32,000 bases of DNA from Terrihalobacillus insolitus (GCF_028416575.1 NZ_JAMQKB010000001.1:173649-205648); one strand, 5' to 3'. Shown: positions 16,630 through 24,839, counted from the stretch's first letter. The notes: generated by a model not told the origin, from the letters alone. Numbers and translations are program-made.

Positions 16630-16656
16630 AGGTTGTTCAATTGAACACGCACTATT
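16627..16656. repeat. R1 ends-only mini-element (30 bp)
   Basis: tagaggttgttcaa|ttgaacacgcactatt equals the two outer termini of the full R1 element joined head-to-head, with none of the ~130-bp interior. Confidence 0.7.
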
Positions 16657-16665
16657 AGAATTATT

Positions 16666-16728
16666 AAAAAATGCTCCTGCATTAACGAGGTCCTTCACAT
16701 AAGGTCTCGTTAAAGCAGGAGCATTTTT
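16666..16728. terminator. Long bidirectional hairpin terminator between the DUF4190 gene (+) and fliT (-)
   Basis: aaaaaatgctcctgc...gcaggagcattttt outer stem with inner stem ttaacgag/ctcgttaa. A-run and T-run flank it. Confidence 0.7.
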
Positions 16729-16733
16729 GTTAC

Positions 16734-16866
16734 TAGAGGATGGTCTAAAGTCACCAAATGATAAGCGGTACATCTGCTTTTCAAGGCGGGCGAGTTCTGC
16801 GTTTGACATAGGACGTGTCAAACGCTAGCCAAGCTTCATTGGCATGTTTTTCAGAACGGTGCGCCT
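16734..16866 (-). repeat. R1 element, degenerate copy (reverse orientation)
   Basis: The first ~50 nt (tagaggatggtctaaagtcaccaaatgataagcgg...) align to the 23781 copy. The centre and the far end (catgtttttcagaacggtgcgcc) are diverged, but a central hairpin with a 7-nt loop is kept. Confidence 0.6.
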
Positions 16867-16869
16867 CCC

Positions 16870-17223
16870 CTATTTCTTATGATCCAAAAACATTCCATCA
16901 TAGTTCGATAGATTTTTGTATGGATTTGTGTATTTAGTGTTTGTCGTTTTCTGTTGCCTTACTGTTTTTACGTCCTTTTTTACTTGATCAAATAATGCAC
17001 TCAACATTTCTTGTATTTCTTTATTGACAGGAATTAATTCTTCTCCCGTCTTTTTTTCTTCCTCGGTAAATGGTGGTTCAATTTGAGTCAAAAGATGCGC
17101 GCGCTTTTCAATTAAAATATTGATGCTCGCAATCATTTCGTCCCTGTCTTCAGCATTTTGCTGTTGTTGTAATAATTCATGTAACTTCTTGGTAGTCTGA
17201 CTAAACGCTTCAAGTCGATTCAT
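16870..17223 (-). CDS. fliT: Flagellar export chaperone FliT
   Basis: 117-aa helical protein directly after fliS (TAATG overlap), ending ...NTKYTNPYKNLSNYDGMF, similar to B. subtilis FliT. Operon position. Confidence 0.75.
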   Translation of the reverse strand: MNRLEAFSQTTKKLHELLQQQQNAEDRDEMIASINILIEKRAHLLTQIEPPFTEEEKKTGEELIPVNKEIQEMLSALFDQVKKDVKTVRQQKTTNTKYTNPYKNLSNYDGMFLDHKK

Positions 17224-17624
17224 TATCTGTTAACACCCTGCCCATATTGTTTTTGCCTAGTTTGTTGGATCACCTCTTTCCATGTATCGCGGAACTCGGT
17301 CACAAGCACGTGTGCTTCCTCCAACGCATCAAGGCTGTTGTCTACATTTCCATCCATAAGGCGACGATTAATATAGTCATAGAGAGGCATGACTTGCTTT
17401 GCAATATCTGTCTCCTGATCTAATGTTATCATTAGTTCCTGAATGATCTTCTGTGCCTTTTGGATATTTGTATTCTTCATTTCATAGTTATTGTTCTCTA
17501 TACCCGTTTTGGCATACTTTATAAACTTCAAACAGCCATTATATAACATTAAAGTTAATTCCCCAGGTGAAGCGGTGTTAACAGAGTTATTTTGATAGGT
17601 TTGATACGCTTGATTTACTGCCAT
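17223..17624 (-). CDS. fliS: Flagellin-specific chaperone FliS
   Basis: MAVNQAYQTYQNNSVNTASPGELTLMLYNGCLKF... is nearly collinear with B. subtilis FliS. The start was moved to ATG 17624 (track 17636). Confidence 0.9.
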   Translation of the reverse strand: MAVNQAYQTYQNNSVNTASPGELTLMLYNGCLKFIKYAKTGIENNNYEMKNTNIQKAQKIIQELMITLDQETDIAKQVMPLYDYINRRLMDGNVDNSLDALEEAHVLVTEFRDTWKEVIQQTRQKQYGQGVNR

Positions 17625-17667
17625 ATTTATGTACACACTCCTTCACATTATATTATCCACCATTATG

Positions 17668-19248
17668 TTATCCACCAAACTGTTGCATTAAATAAGCTGA
17701 TTGTTGGTTCATTTGTTGCATTGCTTTCTCCATCTGTGTGAATTGTCTCCAATAGCGATCTTCTACTTGAATCATCTTATCTTGAAAAGAATCAATTCTA
17801 GAATTTAAATCTCTTAAACGTTTGCCTATTGTGTATTGTTCTAAGGTTTGAGTTCCCTTTCCTGCACGTTCTTCAACATTTTCCATTGTACGCTCCATTG
17901 AGTCCTCTAGGCGATTGATGATTCCTCTCCCATCCCCTTTGACATCATTGGAGAACAATTTATATACAGATTCTGGATCTTCTCGTAAGGATTTTCTTAA
18001 ATCATCTTCTGTAACAATTAGTTTACCCGCGTCACGGTAGTCAGATGACGTCTTGATACCAATTTCAGATAGATGATCGAAATTACTACTGTTATCTACT
18101 TCTGCATACCAGTTTTGACGCATATCAAATAATCCACTAGCAAGAATGTTATCACTACGCAATAAGCCGCTTTTTGCTTTTTCTTCCCAAAGCTCTACTT
18201 CTTTATCGGACATTTCTTCCTTCTGCTTATCTGTTAGTGGTTTAAAGTCGCGATAGCGTTCTTCTTGAAGACTACCATTAACCTTTTCGATGAGTTCATT
18301 ATATTTGTTAACAAAAGCTACTATTTTTTCTACTCCAGCATCGACATCATTGTTAACTGTGACTTTAGCAGGGTTTCCTACATTTGTGTTCGTAAAATTG
18401 TAAGTAATCCCATTTAAGGTGTAGGAGTTATCCGTTGACTCTAAATCCAACATATTGTTATACGTAAAGGCCGCATTAGTCCCACCTTCCTCAACCTTCT
18501 GCCAAACTCCACTTGCGTCCTGTTGACCATTTTTGATTTGCAATGTATCGGTTAAAAAACTAGAGCCACTTTGTCCATCAAAACCTATTTCCGCACCTAA
18601 GTATTGATCCGATTTGTTAAAATCCCCCGTTTTAGTTCTTTCTAGGACTACCTTGTCTGTCTGGGAATCATAAAAGGCACGAATTTCATTATTGGTGTCC
18701 GCTTCTATTCTTTTTAACACCGTGTTTAAAGATTCGGACGGATCATAAGAAATATTCTTCTGTACCTCTGTTCCATCTTCATTAAAAAAGGAAATGTTAA
18801 ACGTTCCAGAATTAGTAATATTTGTTCCAGCAAAATCCTGATCCTTTAATGCCTTAGTAGGATCGATTTTGGAAGAACCTGATATACTGTTTTGGCTAAC
18901 ATTAATGGCCGATGTTGCCAACGCTGCAACCTCTATATTATACGTACCATTTGAAGCGGACGCAGTAGCAGTAGCAGTAACAGCATCAGATGTTGATGTT
19001 GTTGTCTTAGAATTATACGTTCTTTCCAATTTCATATCTAACATTTTTTGATCTAAATCATAAAACATTTTGTTCACATCACGATAGGCGTCACGTTGCC
19101 ATGTCATCCATGTTTTATCCTGTTGCATTTTATCTAAGGGGAGTCGCTCTGCTTTCATTAAATCTTTTACCATCGTTTCCGTATCTAAACCAGAGGCTAG
19201 TCCACTTATTCTTGACGTATTGATACTTTCTACCACTTGATCCACCAA
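17668..19248 (-). CDS. fliD: Flagellar filament cap protein FliD
   Basis: N-terminal ISGLASGLDTETMVKDLMKAERLPLDKMQ and C-terminal FliD motifs. The exact start is ambiguous (TTG 19248, GTG 19245 or GTG 19236). Confidence 0.9.
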   Translation of the reverse strand: MVDQVVESINTSRISGLASGLDTETMVKDLMKAERLPLDKMQQDKTWMTWQRDAYRDVNKMFYDLDQKMLDMKLERTYNSKTTTSTSDAVTATATASASNGTYNIEVAALATSAINVSQNSISGSSKIDPTKALKDQDFAGTNITNSGTFNISFFNEDGTEVQKNISYDPSESLNTVLKRIEADTNNEIRAFYDSQTDKVVLERTKTGDFNKSDQYLGAEIGFDGQSGSSFLTDTLQIKNGQQDASGVWQKVEEGGTNAAFTYNNMLDLESTDNSYTLNGITYNFTNTNVGNPAKVTVNNDVDAGVEKIVAFVNKYNELIEKVNGSLQEERYRDFKPLTDKQKEEMSDKEVELWEEKAKSGLLRSDNILASGLFDMRQNWYAEVDNSSNFDHLSEIGIKTSSDYRDAGKLIVTEDDLRKSLREDPESVYKLFSNDVKGDGRGIINRLEDSMERTMENVEERAGKGTQTLEQYTIGKRLRDLNSRIDSFQDKMIQVEDRYWRQFTQMEKAMQQMNQQSAYLMQQFGG

Positions 19249-19251
19249 CCT

Positions 19252-19650
19252 TTATACTTTTTCATCAACAATAAATCCCATCAATTCCGCCATCGAAGCG
19301 TAGACATCAAGTAGTTTTTTGGGCGGGATTTCTCTAATGATTTCTTTCGTTTCTGGATTAATGATTGTTACATAATACTCGTTAAGTTTCTCATGAAATT
19401 GGTATTTTAGTGCCGTTTTTGTAGGTTCTAGAAAGTCATTAATTGCTTTAACCATACCTTGCACTTGTTCCTTATCAAGCTTATCGCTCTGTCCGACTAT
19501 TGCTTGTTCATTAGACGTTTCAGCATCTCTCGCCTGATCAACTTTCGTTATTGACCTATCTCTTGCAGATGTAGGTAACTTGGTGTTCTCAGCCTTTTGC
19601 AGGAGTAGGGACTCCGATATTATTCTCCCCACATTCATGGCATAAGCCAT
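19252..19650 (-). CDS. flaG: FlaG family protein (YvyC)
   Basis: C-terminal ...LKYQFHEKLNEYYVTIINPETKEIIREIPPKKLLDVYASM is typical FlaG. The first ATG abuts the SD, so ATG 19638 may be the true start. Confidence 0.8.
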   Translation of the reverse strand: MAYAMNVGRIISESLLLQKAENTKLPTSARDRSITKVDQARDAETSNEQAIVGQSDKLDKEQVQGMVKAINDFLEPTKTALKYQFHEKLNEYYVTIINPETKEIIREIPPKKLLDVYASMAELMGFIVDEKV

Positions 19651-19674
19651 CTCCTTTAATTTTCGTTTCTTTTT

Positions 19675-19701
19675 ATATCGGTCAAATTGGGGAGAATCTT
19701 A
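19675..19701 (-). promoter_or_regulatory. Sigma-D-type promoter of the flaG-fliD-fliS-fliT operon (TAAG-N15-ACCGATAT)
   Basis: Minus strand TAAGattctccccaatttgACCGATATaaaa, compared with the consensus TAAA-N15-GCCGATAT. Confidence 0.6.
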
Positions 19702-19868
19702 AGACTGGCAGGAAAAGTTTTTTGATTGTGGGAAGTTGAACGAAAAAACTATGGCTTTGACTTAAGCTGCTAAAGAAGAAAAGTCCTACAGAGAATGCTC
19801 TCCAAGAACTTATTAAAAAGTCTTGTTTAAAATTTGGGTGGTGACAGTACGCTATTAAAGTGGAATCT

Positions 19869-20459
19869 TTATGCATTGGGGAGTTCTGGTATGTTTGCAA
19901 AAATATCAAACATTGAAAAGGATGCACATGCGAGGTGTTGGGACTGAACGGTTTGTTTTTCCATATATACCTCTTGAAGGTTATAGCGTTTGCCTTCCAA
20001 TACATATTGTTCAAGGGATTGATGGATCGGATCAATAATCCAATATTCTGGGATAGCGTATTTTGCATAAGTAGTTTGTTTGCTGACACGATCACGTTTG
20101 ATGGATGAAGGTGACAATACTTCAGCAATGAGATCAGGAGTGCCTTCAATTCCTCGATGGGTGATCATTTCAATCCGATTACGATGAACCATTATTAGGT
20201 CTGGCTGCCGTACCTCAGTGTTAGACAGAATTACATCCACAGGGGCAGTGAAGGTTATATATTCCTGTTTGCAACTTTTTTTTAATAGAACCGCCATTTC
20301 CTGGCTTATTAACTGATGGATCGGATGGGGCGCTGTTGTCATCGCTTCTAATTTGCCATTAGAGAGCTCATAGCGAACACCATCATCTGGCAATTTAGCA
20401 TAATCATCATAGGTTATTAAGTGTTCACGAACCTGCTCTGACTTCTTTTTTGTCATCAT
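19869..20459 (-). CDS. Uma2 (DUF820) family PD-(D/E)XK nuclease-fold protein
   Basis: ...YELSNGKLEAMTTAPHPIHQLISQ...VRQPDLIMV...GTPDLIAEVLSPSSIKRDRVSKQTTYAKYAIPEYWIIDP... matches the Uma2 motif pattern. ATG 20459/20456 follows GAGGTG; the track GTG 20465 is inside the SD. Confidence 0.8.
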   Translation of the reverse strand: MMTKKKSEQVREHLITYDDYAKLPDDGVRYELSNGKLEAMTTAPHPIHQLISQEMAVLLKKSCKQEYITFTAPVDVILSNTEVRQPDLIMVHRNRIEMITHRGIEGTPDLIAEVLSPSSIKRDRVSKQTTYAKYAIPEYWIIDPIHQSLEQYVLEGKRYNLQEVYMEKQTVQSQHLACASFSMFDIFANIPELPNA

Positions 20460-20540
20460 TTTCACCTCGAGGCAATTTTATATTTATTTTACCACATAAG
20501 CTGACAATGGATTTCGCGAAACAAAGTAAGCATCTTGTAA

Positions 20541-20571
20541 ACAGGCCATCTGGATTCTCCAGATGGCCTGT
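20541..20571 (-). terminator. Terminator hairpin downstream of hag
   Basis: Perfect 13-14-bp inverted repeat acaggccatctgga-ttct-ccagatggcctgt, 15 nt after the hag stop. The U-tract is weak. Confidence 0.6.
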
Positions 20572-20586
20572 CTATGTTTATGAACC

Positions 20587-22092
20587 TTAACGAAGTAACT
20601 GAAGTACTCCTTGTGGTTGTTGATTTGCTTGCGCGAGCATTGCTTGTGCTGCTTGAGAAAGAATAGAATTCTTTGTTTGATTCATTATTTCTTTTGCCAT
20701 ATCAACGTCACGGATACGAGATTCCGCTGCTGTCAGGTTTTCAGAAGAAGTGCTTAAGTTATTAACAGTATATTCTAAACGGTTTTGGTATGCACCAAGC
20801 TTAGAACGTTCAGATGAAACTGACTCTATTGCTGTATTTATTGTTTTAATTGCAGTGTTTGCAGTATCTTGCGATGAAATGTCAATTCCACCTGCAACTT
20901 TAGCGTCTGCAGTTTTTTCGTCACCAGCAAAAGTGGCTGCTGAAGAAGTAGTAATTCCAATATCAATAGTTGCCGCTGCAGCTCCTGTTATAGCTCCATC
21001 AAGGTTAACAGTAAGTCCTTGGTTTTCCGCACTTGTGAATGTTGCAGAAGTAGCATCATTCTTAACAATAACATCTTCTGTACCTATTGTTAATTTTACT
21101 TCATCACTTGCTAGACCACCTGTAATATCTCCTGAGGTACCTGCTGTAGTTGTCCCTGCCGTACCAGTAACAGTTACTGTTTCTGAAGAAAGGTTTGTAT
21201 CTGTTGAACCCGTTAATGCATCATTAACAGCTGTAGTAATATCAGCCGCACTTGAAAATCCTGGTGAAGAAGAACTTTCAAAATCACCTTTTATTGTGAG
21301 AGTTTTTGCAGTTTCGTCTAACGTAGCTGTTGCCGTACCATCAGTTGTGTCTTGAACATAGCTAACTGTATAACCATTTAAAGCAGATGTTTTGTTATCA
21401 GTAGTTAAAGTCATTCCACCAACAGCCCCTGTTGTTGCCGTTGATGCCGTATCATCAGCTGTTAAGCTTAATGACGCGCCATCAATAAGATCTGTACCTA
21501 ATGTTCCACTCAGAGTTGCATCTGTAACATCAGTAGTATTAGATACTGTAGCAGTTTGAATATCTCTAGCTACTCCTAATGTACTAGCATCCATTGCGCT
21601 AATTTCAAGGCCTAGATTTTGATCCTTGTTTGCACCAATTTGGAATTTAACATCTCCAAGATTGTCTTTATCAATACCCCCATTAAGAAGATTCTGTGTA
21701 TTGAACTCAGTGTTGTTGGAGATTCTAGTAATTTCCTCAGCTAATTGGTCGACTTCTTTTTGTAGCTCTTGACGGTCTTGAGCTGTGTTTGAATCGTTGG
21801 CAGATTGCACTGAAAGTTCACGCATACGTTGAAGAATTGATTGAGATTCGTTCAATGCACCTTCAGCAGTCTGTATCATGGAAATACCATCCTGAGCATT
21901 ACGCTGTGCTTGATCCAATCCTCGAATCTGACCTCGCATTTTCTCAGAGATTGCAAGTCCTGCTGCGTCATCTCCAGCTTTGTTAATACGTAAACCTGAA
22001 GATAATTTTTCCATTGACTTCGTTTGATTCGTGTTTGCATTTGTTAATTGGCGATACGTGTTTAACGCCGCTACGTTCGTATTGATTCTCAT
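20587..22092 (-). CDS. hag: Flagellin with an enlarged Thr/Ser/Ala/Gly-rich central domain (501 aa)
   Basis: Conserved N-terminus (MRINTNVAALNTYRQLT...GLRINKAGDDAAGLAISEKMRGQIRGL) and C-terminus (...SILSQAAQAMLAQANQQPQGVLQLLR). SD AAGGAGGA. Confidence 0.95.
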   Translation of the reverse strand: MRINTNVAALNTYRQLTNANTNQTKSMEKLSSGLRINKAGDDAAGLAISEKMRGQIRGLDQAQRNAQDGISMIQTAEGALNESQSILQRMRELSVQSANDSNTAQDRQELQKEVDQLAEEITRISNNTEFNTQNLLNGGIDKDNLGDVKFQIGANKDQNLGLEISAMDASTLGVARDIQTATVSNTTDVTDATLSGTLGTDLIDGASLSLTADDTASTATTGAVGGMTLTTDNKTSALNGYTVSYVQDTTDGTATATLDETAKTLTIKGDFESSSSPGFSSAADITTAVNDALTGSTDTNLSSETVTVTGTAGTTTAGTSGDITGGLASDEVKLTIGTEDVIVKNDATSATFTSAENQGLTVNLDGAITGAAAATIDIGITTSSAATFAGDEKTADAKVAGGIDISSQDTANTAIKTINTAIESVSSERSKLGAYQNRLEYTVNNLSTSSENLTAAESRIRDVDMAKEIMNQTKNSILSQAAQAMLAQANQQPQGVLQLLR

Positions 22093-22100
22093 TTCTTAAT

Positions 22101-22136
22101 TCCTCCTTGAGTTTTAAGTGTCCCACATCCTTGTGG
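22101..22136 (-). promoter_or_regulatory. hag 5' leader CsrA binding sites: BS1 hairpin (ccacAAGGAtgtgg) and BS2 overlapping the SD (cAAGGAGGA)
   Basis: GGA is presented in the loop of a 5-bp hairpin at 22123-22136, and a second GGA lies in the SD at 22101-22108. This is the same layout as the B. subtilis hag leader. Confidence 0.7.
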
Positions 22137-22194
22137 TTGTTACCGCGTGAACTAAAGTCGGCCGCCTTTAGAATCATTTGGTGTTACACTTTTA

Positions 22195-22221
22195 TTATCG
22201 GAAGAAATGAAGCAATGTTTA
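22195..22221 (-). promoter_or_regulatory. Sigma-D promoter of hag (TAAA-N15-TCCGATAA)
   Basis: Minus strand tTAAAcattgcttcatttctTCCGATAAtaaa. The -35 overlaps the csrA stop codon. Confidence 0.7.
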
Positions 22222-22449
22222 ATCTTTTTTTACATTATTTTTCAAGATATTTAATAAATCTGTCGAAACCTGTGCCGCTTCACTATTTTCTCGCTTAATA
22301 TCTAAGTACACTTCCTTGCGGTGAATCTCGATATAATTTGGTGCCTTGATGCCTAATTTAATTTGTTCCCCATCGACCTCTACTACTTTTATTTCAATCT
22401 CATCACCAATTTTTATGGACTCGTTGACTTTCCTTGTTAAGACTAGCAT
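22219..22449 (-). CDS. csrA: Carbon storage regulator CsrA (flagellin translation repressor)
   Basis: [48 protein letters not shown]. 76 aa. Follows fliW. Confidence 0.95.
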   Translation of the reverse strand: MLVLTRKVNESIKIGDEIEIKVVEVDGEQIKLGIKAPNYIEIHRKEVYLDIKRENSEAAQVSTDLLNILKNNVKKD

Positions 22450-22452
22450 CGA

Positions 22453-22905
22453 TTAATCCTCCTTTACCATGGAGGTAGGCTGTTGTATGGATAAAGGATG
22501 TTTTGTTGAATAGTTCTTTATATTTGTAATGTACTGTTTCCCTCTTTTTTTGGTGTTGTTAATTATAATAGGAGCTTGCAGGTTCATTGTACTTTTATCA
22601 AAGGGATCCTTTAATGAAACGACGGATAATACCGAAACTTCTTGTTCTGTTTCTATTTCAAGAAAGTGAAGGATCGTCTCGTCAAGTTCGATCTCATAAT
22701 CTTGGTAAAAATGATATGGATTCGTAACGATAAACGCAATATTGCTGGTTGTAGTGGACTGAAGCACTTGAAAAATAGAGTTATCCTCTAAATCTAGTAG
22801 GACAAATGAAACCTCCTCTAAAAAGCCTGGGATTCCTTGTGGAAACGTTAAGATTTGTTCATTCGTTATTGCTATTTCGCCAAAAAATTTAGTATAAATA
22901 TTCAT
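22453..22905 (-). CDS. fliW: Flagellar assembly factor FliW (CsrA antagonist)
   Basis: MNIYTKFFGEIAITNEQILTFPQGIPGFLEEVSFVLLDL... FliW family. Adjacent to csrA. Confidence 0.9.
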   Translation of the reverse strand: MNIYTKFFGEIAITNEQILTFPQGIPGFLEEVSFVLLDLEDNSIFQVLQSTTTSNIAFIVTNPYHFYQDYEIELDETILHFLEIETEQEVSVLSVVSLKDPFDKSTMNLQAPIIINNTKKRGKQYITNIKNYSTKHPLSIQQPTSMVKED

Positions 22906-22920
22906 TTCTCACCCTTCTTA

Positions 22921-23079
22921 AAGTAAGTGTTCAAAAAGTCGGCAAATTAGAAGCAAGTAGGTCAAGGCGGCGTAGTTTTGAGTAACGGAACGTATGCTTT
23001 TAATACGTGAGTAACGGAAAAACAAGCCAACGAAGAAATGCGCAGCTTATCATTTGGCGACTTTTTGAACATCCTCTTA
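22921..23079 (+). repeat. R1 element, full-length copy (forward), abutting the yviE-like stop codon
   Basis: aagtaagtgttcaaaaagtcggcaaattagaagcaag...catttggcgactttttgaacatcctctta. The terminal TTA (23077-23079) is the TAA stop of the minus-strand gene. Confidence 0.9.
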
Positions 23080-23667
23080 AATTGTTATTTCAAAATTAGT
23101 GCCTTGAAACTTTACATTATCAAAATCTATTTTTACGTCTGGATATTGCTTTAAGCTTACCTCTACTTTCCCTGGTTGATAGTTGGTAATTGGTTTTTGC
23201 ATCTGTGTCTTAATAATAGGCTTTTGTGGCTCAACATTTATCTTTACTTCTGTTGGTATGTAGTTAATTTTGACAGAACCTGCAGAGGGGATCCAGCCAA
23301 TATTAAATTCCTTTTGGGGATCAAAACCGTTTTCCATTGCTTGGCTGGCAATTGGATTACCTCCATTTTCAATTTTCATCAGTTGATCTCCTTGTCGAGA
23401 TACTCTTGCAATTCCTGCAAGCCAATCCTGTTGTCCAAGTTGTGCCGCTTCTGCTATTCGCTTTGATACACTTTTTAAATCCATATCCTCCCATGCTTCT
23501 GTTTGATCTATTTGTAATTGAGAAGGTGTGCGCTCGATTATCATCTCTGCCTTAGGCTGTTGGATCGATTGAATGGCTTTGGGCTGCTCAATTGTCTGCT
23601 CTCCCTGTGTGCGATTCAATTGGATTTTGGCCATTTGTGTCTGTATCCTTATTTGTGGTAGTTTCAT
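23077..23667 (-). CDS. yviE: YviE-like (DUF6470) protein of the late flagellar cluster
   Basis: 196 aa from MKLPQIRIQTQMAKIQLNRTQGEQ... (ATG 23667 after GGGAGGGGAGGGTGGG). Sits between flgL and fliW as yviE does in B. subtilis. Confidence 0.65.
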   Translation of the reverse strand: MKLPQIRIQTQMAKIQLNRTQGEQTIEQPKAIQSIQQPKAEMIIERTPSQLQIDQTEAWEDMDLKSVSKRIAEAAQLGQQDWLAGIARVSRQGDQLMKIENGGNPIASQAMENGFDPQKEFNIGWIPSAGSVKINYIPTEVKINVEPQKPIIKTQMQKPITNYQPGKVEVSLKQYPDVKIDFDNVKFQGTNFEITI

Positions 23668-23780
23668 CCCACCCTCCCCTCCCGTTAATAAAACTTGACC
23701 AAGTGGCACGTCCTAATATGTATAACAAAAAGCCTTGCCACTAATTGAGGTGACAAGCGCTTCATAGCACGTTATTCTAT

Positions 23781-23940
23781 TAGAGGTTGTTCAAAAAGTC
23801 ACCAAATGATAAGCTGCGCATCTCTTCGTTGGCTTGCTTTTCCGTTGCTCACGTATTAAAAACATACGCTGCGCTACTCAAAGCTTCTCCGCCTCGACCT
23901 GCTTGCTTCTAATTTGCCGACTTTTTGAACACGCACTATT
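23781..23940 (-). repeat. R1 element, full-length copy (reverse orientation)
   Basis: tagaggttgttcaaaaagtcaccaaatgataagctgcgc...aatttgccgactttttgaacacgcactatt. Its reverse complement aligns along the full length of copies 4384 and 22921. Confidence 0.9.
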
Positions 23941-23951
23941 ATGGTTGTCCA

Positions 23952-24839
23952 TTATCTTAAAAAGTCCATCAAAGTTGGTTGAATAATACGTGCACCTGCC
24001 GCAAGAGCTGCTCGTTGTACACTTTCTTGTGTTTTCAAATTCATAATTACTTCTTCCATATCGGCATCTTCATTGCTAGACATAATCCGCTTTGCGATCA
24101 CTTCTTGTTCACCGAGCCGATTTTCAATAAGATCCAATCGATTCATTCTGGCCCCTAGGTCTGCCCGTTCATTTACAACATTATTGATATGTGTGTCTAT
24201 GTTAGCAATTGATTGCTGTAATGCTTCATTACCTTGACCTGATCGAAGACTTTCGGAAAACTTCTCAATATCAGCAAATAGGTTACTTCCAAACACTTGG
24301 CTAGGATTTATGTTCGACTTTAAATCAGTACCATTTGCGACTTGGATTGTTACAGCACGATCATTTGTAGAAACTTTATTAACGATTCCAGCTGCATCCG
24401 TTGTCACAGGCTTATTATTCGTATCCGTACCATTAAACAAAAATTTGCCATTCACACTTGTGTTTGCAATATTAACCAAATGTTGTTTTAATTGATCCAC
24501 TTCTTCTGCAATATTTTCCCGTTGTCCTTCCTCATACGAATCATTACTCGCTTGCAACGCTAATTCACGTAGACGCTGTAGGGCTTGAGTCGCTTTATCC
24601 ATAGCGGCATCCGAATTATCCATCCAATTACGAACTTCTCCTGTATTGCGTTGATATTGTTCAATTTCTGTCACCTGGGAACGATAATTCATCCCTTTCA
24701 TCGCTACGACGGGATCATCAGAAGGTCGATTCACTTTTTTACCAGTTGATAACTGATCCATATATGTACCAAGGTTTTCATAACTCTTACTCAAATTTCG
24801 TAACATATTATTACTTAACATACCTTGTGTAATACGCAT
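23952..24839 (-). CDS. flgL: Flagellar hook-filament junction protein FlgL
   Basis: MRITQGMLSNNMLRNLSKSYENL...RPSDDPV... flagellin-like N and C termini. 295 aa. Follows flgK. Confidence 0.9.
   Translation of the reverse strand: MRITQGMLSNNMLRNLSKSYENLGTYMDQLSTGKKVNRPSDDPVVAMKGMNYRSQVTEIEQYQRNTGEVRNWMDNSDAAMDKATQALQRLRELALQASNDSYEEGQRENIAEEVDQLKQHLVNIANTSVNGKFLFNGTDTNNKPVTTDAAGIVNKVSTNDRAVTIQVANGTDLKSNINPSQVFGSNLFADIEKFSESLRSGQGNEALQQSIANIDTHINNVVNERADLGARMNRLDLIENRLGEQEVIAKRIMSSNEDADMEEVIMNLKTQESVQRAALAAGARIIQPTLMDFLR

Noticed and set aside
16582-16821. 79-aa minus-strand ORF between the DUF4190 gene and fliT
   Set aside because: It runs through a terminator hairpin and R1 repeat remnants. 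It has no SD and overlaps the DUF4190 3' end.
19682-20149. 155-aa minus-strand ORF overlapping the 3' half of the Uma2 gene in another frame
   Set aside because: The Uma2 frame has clear family motifs. The alternative frame has no recognisable features and runs into the flaG promoter.
20750-21355. 201-aa plus-strand ORF antisense to hag
   Set aside because: Its Ala/Val/Ser-rich product is the expected shadow of a Thr/Ala/Ser/Gly-rich coding strand. It has no SD and is fully embedded in a well-supported gene.
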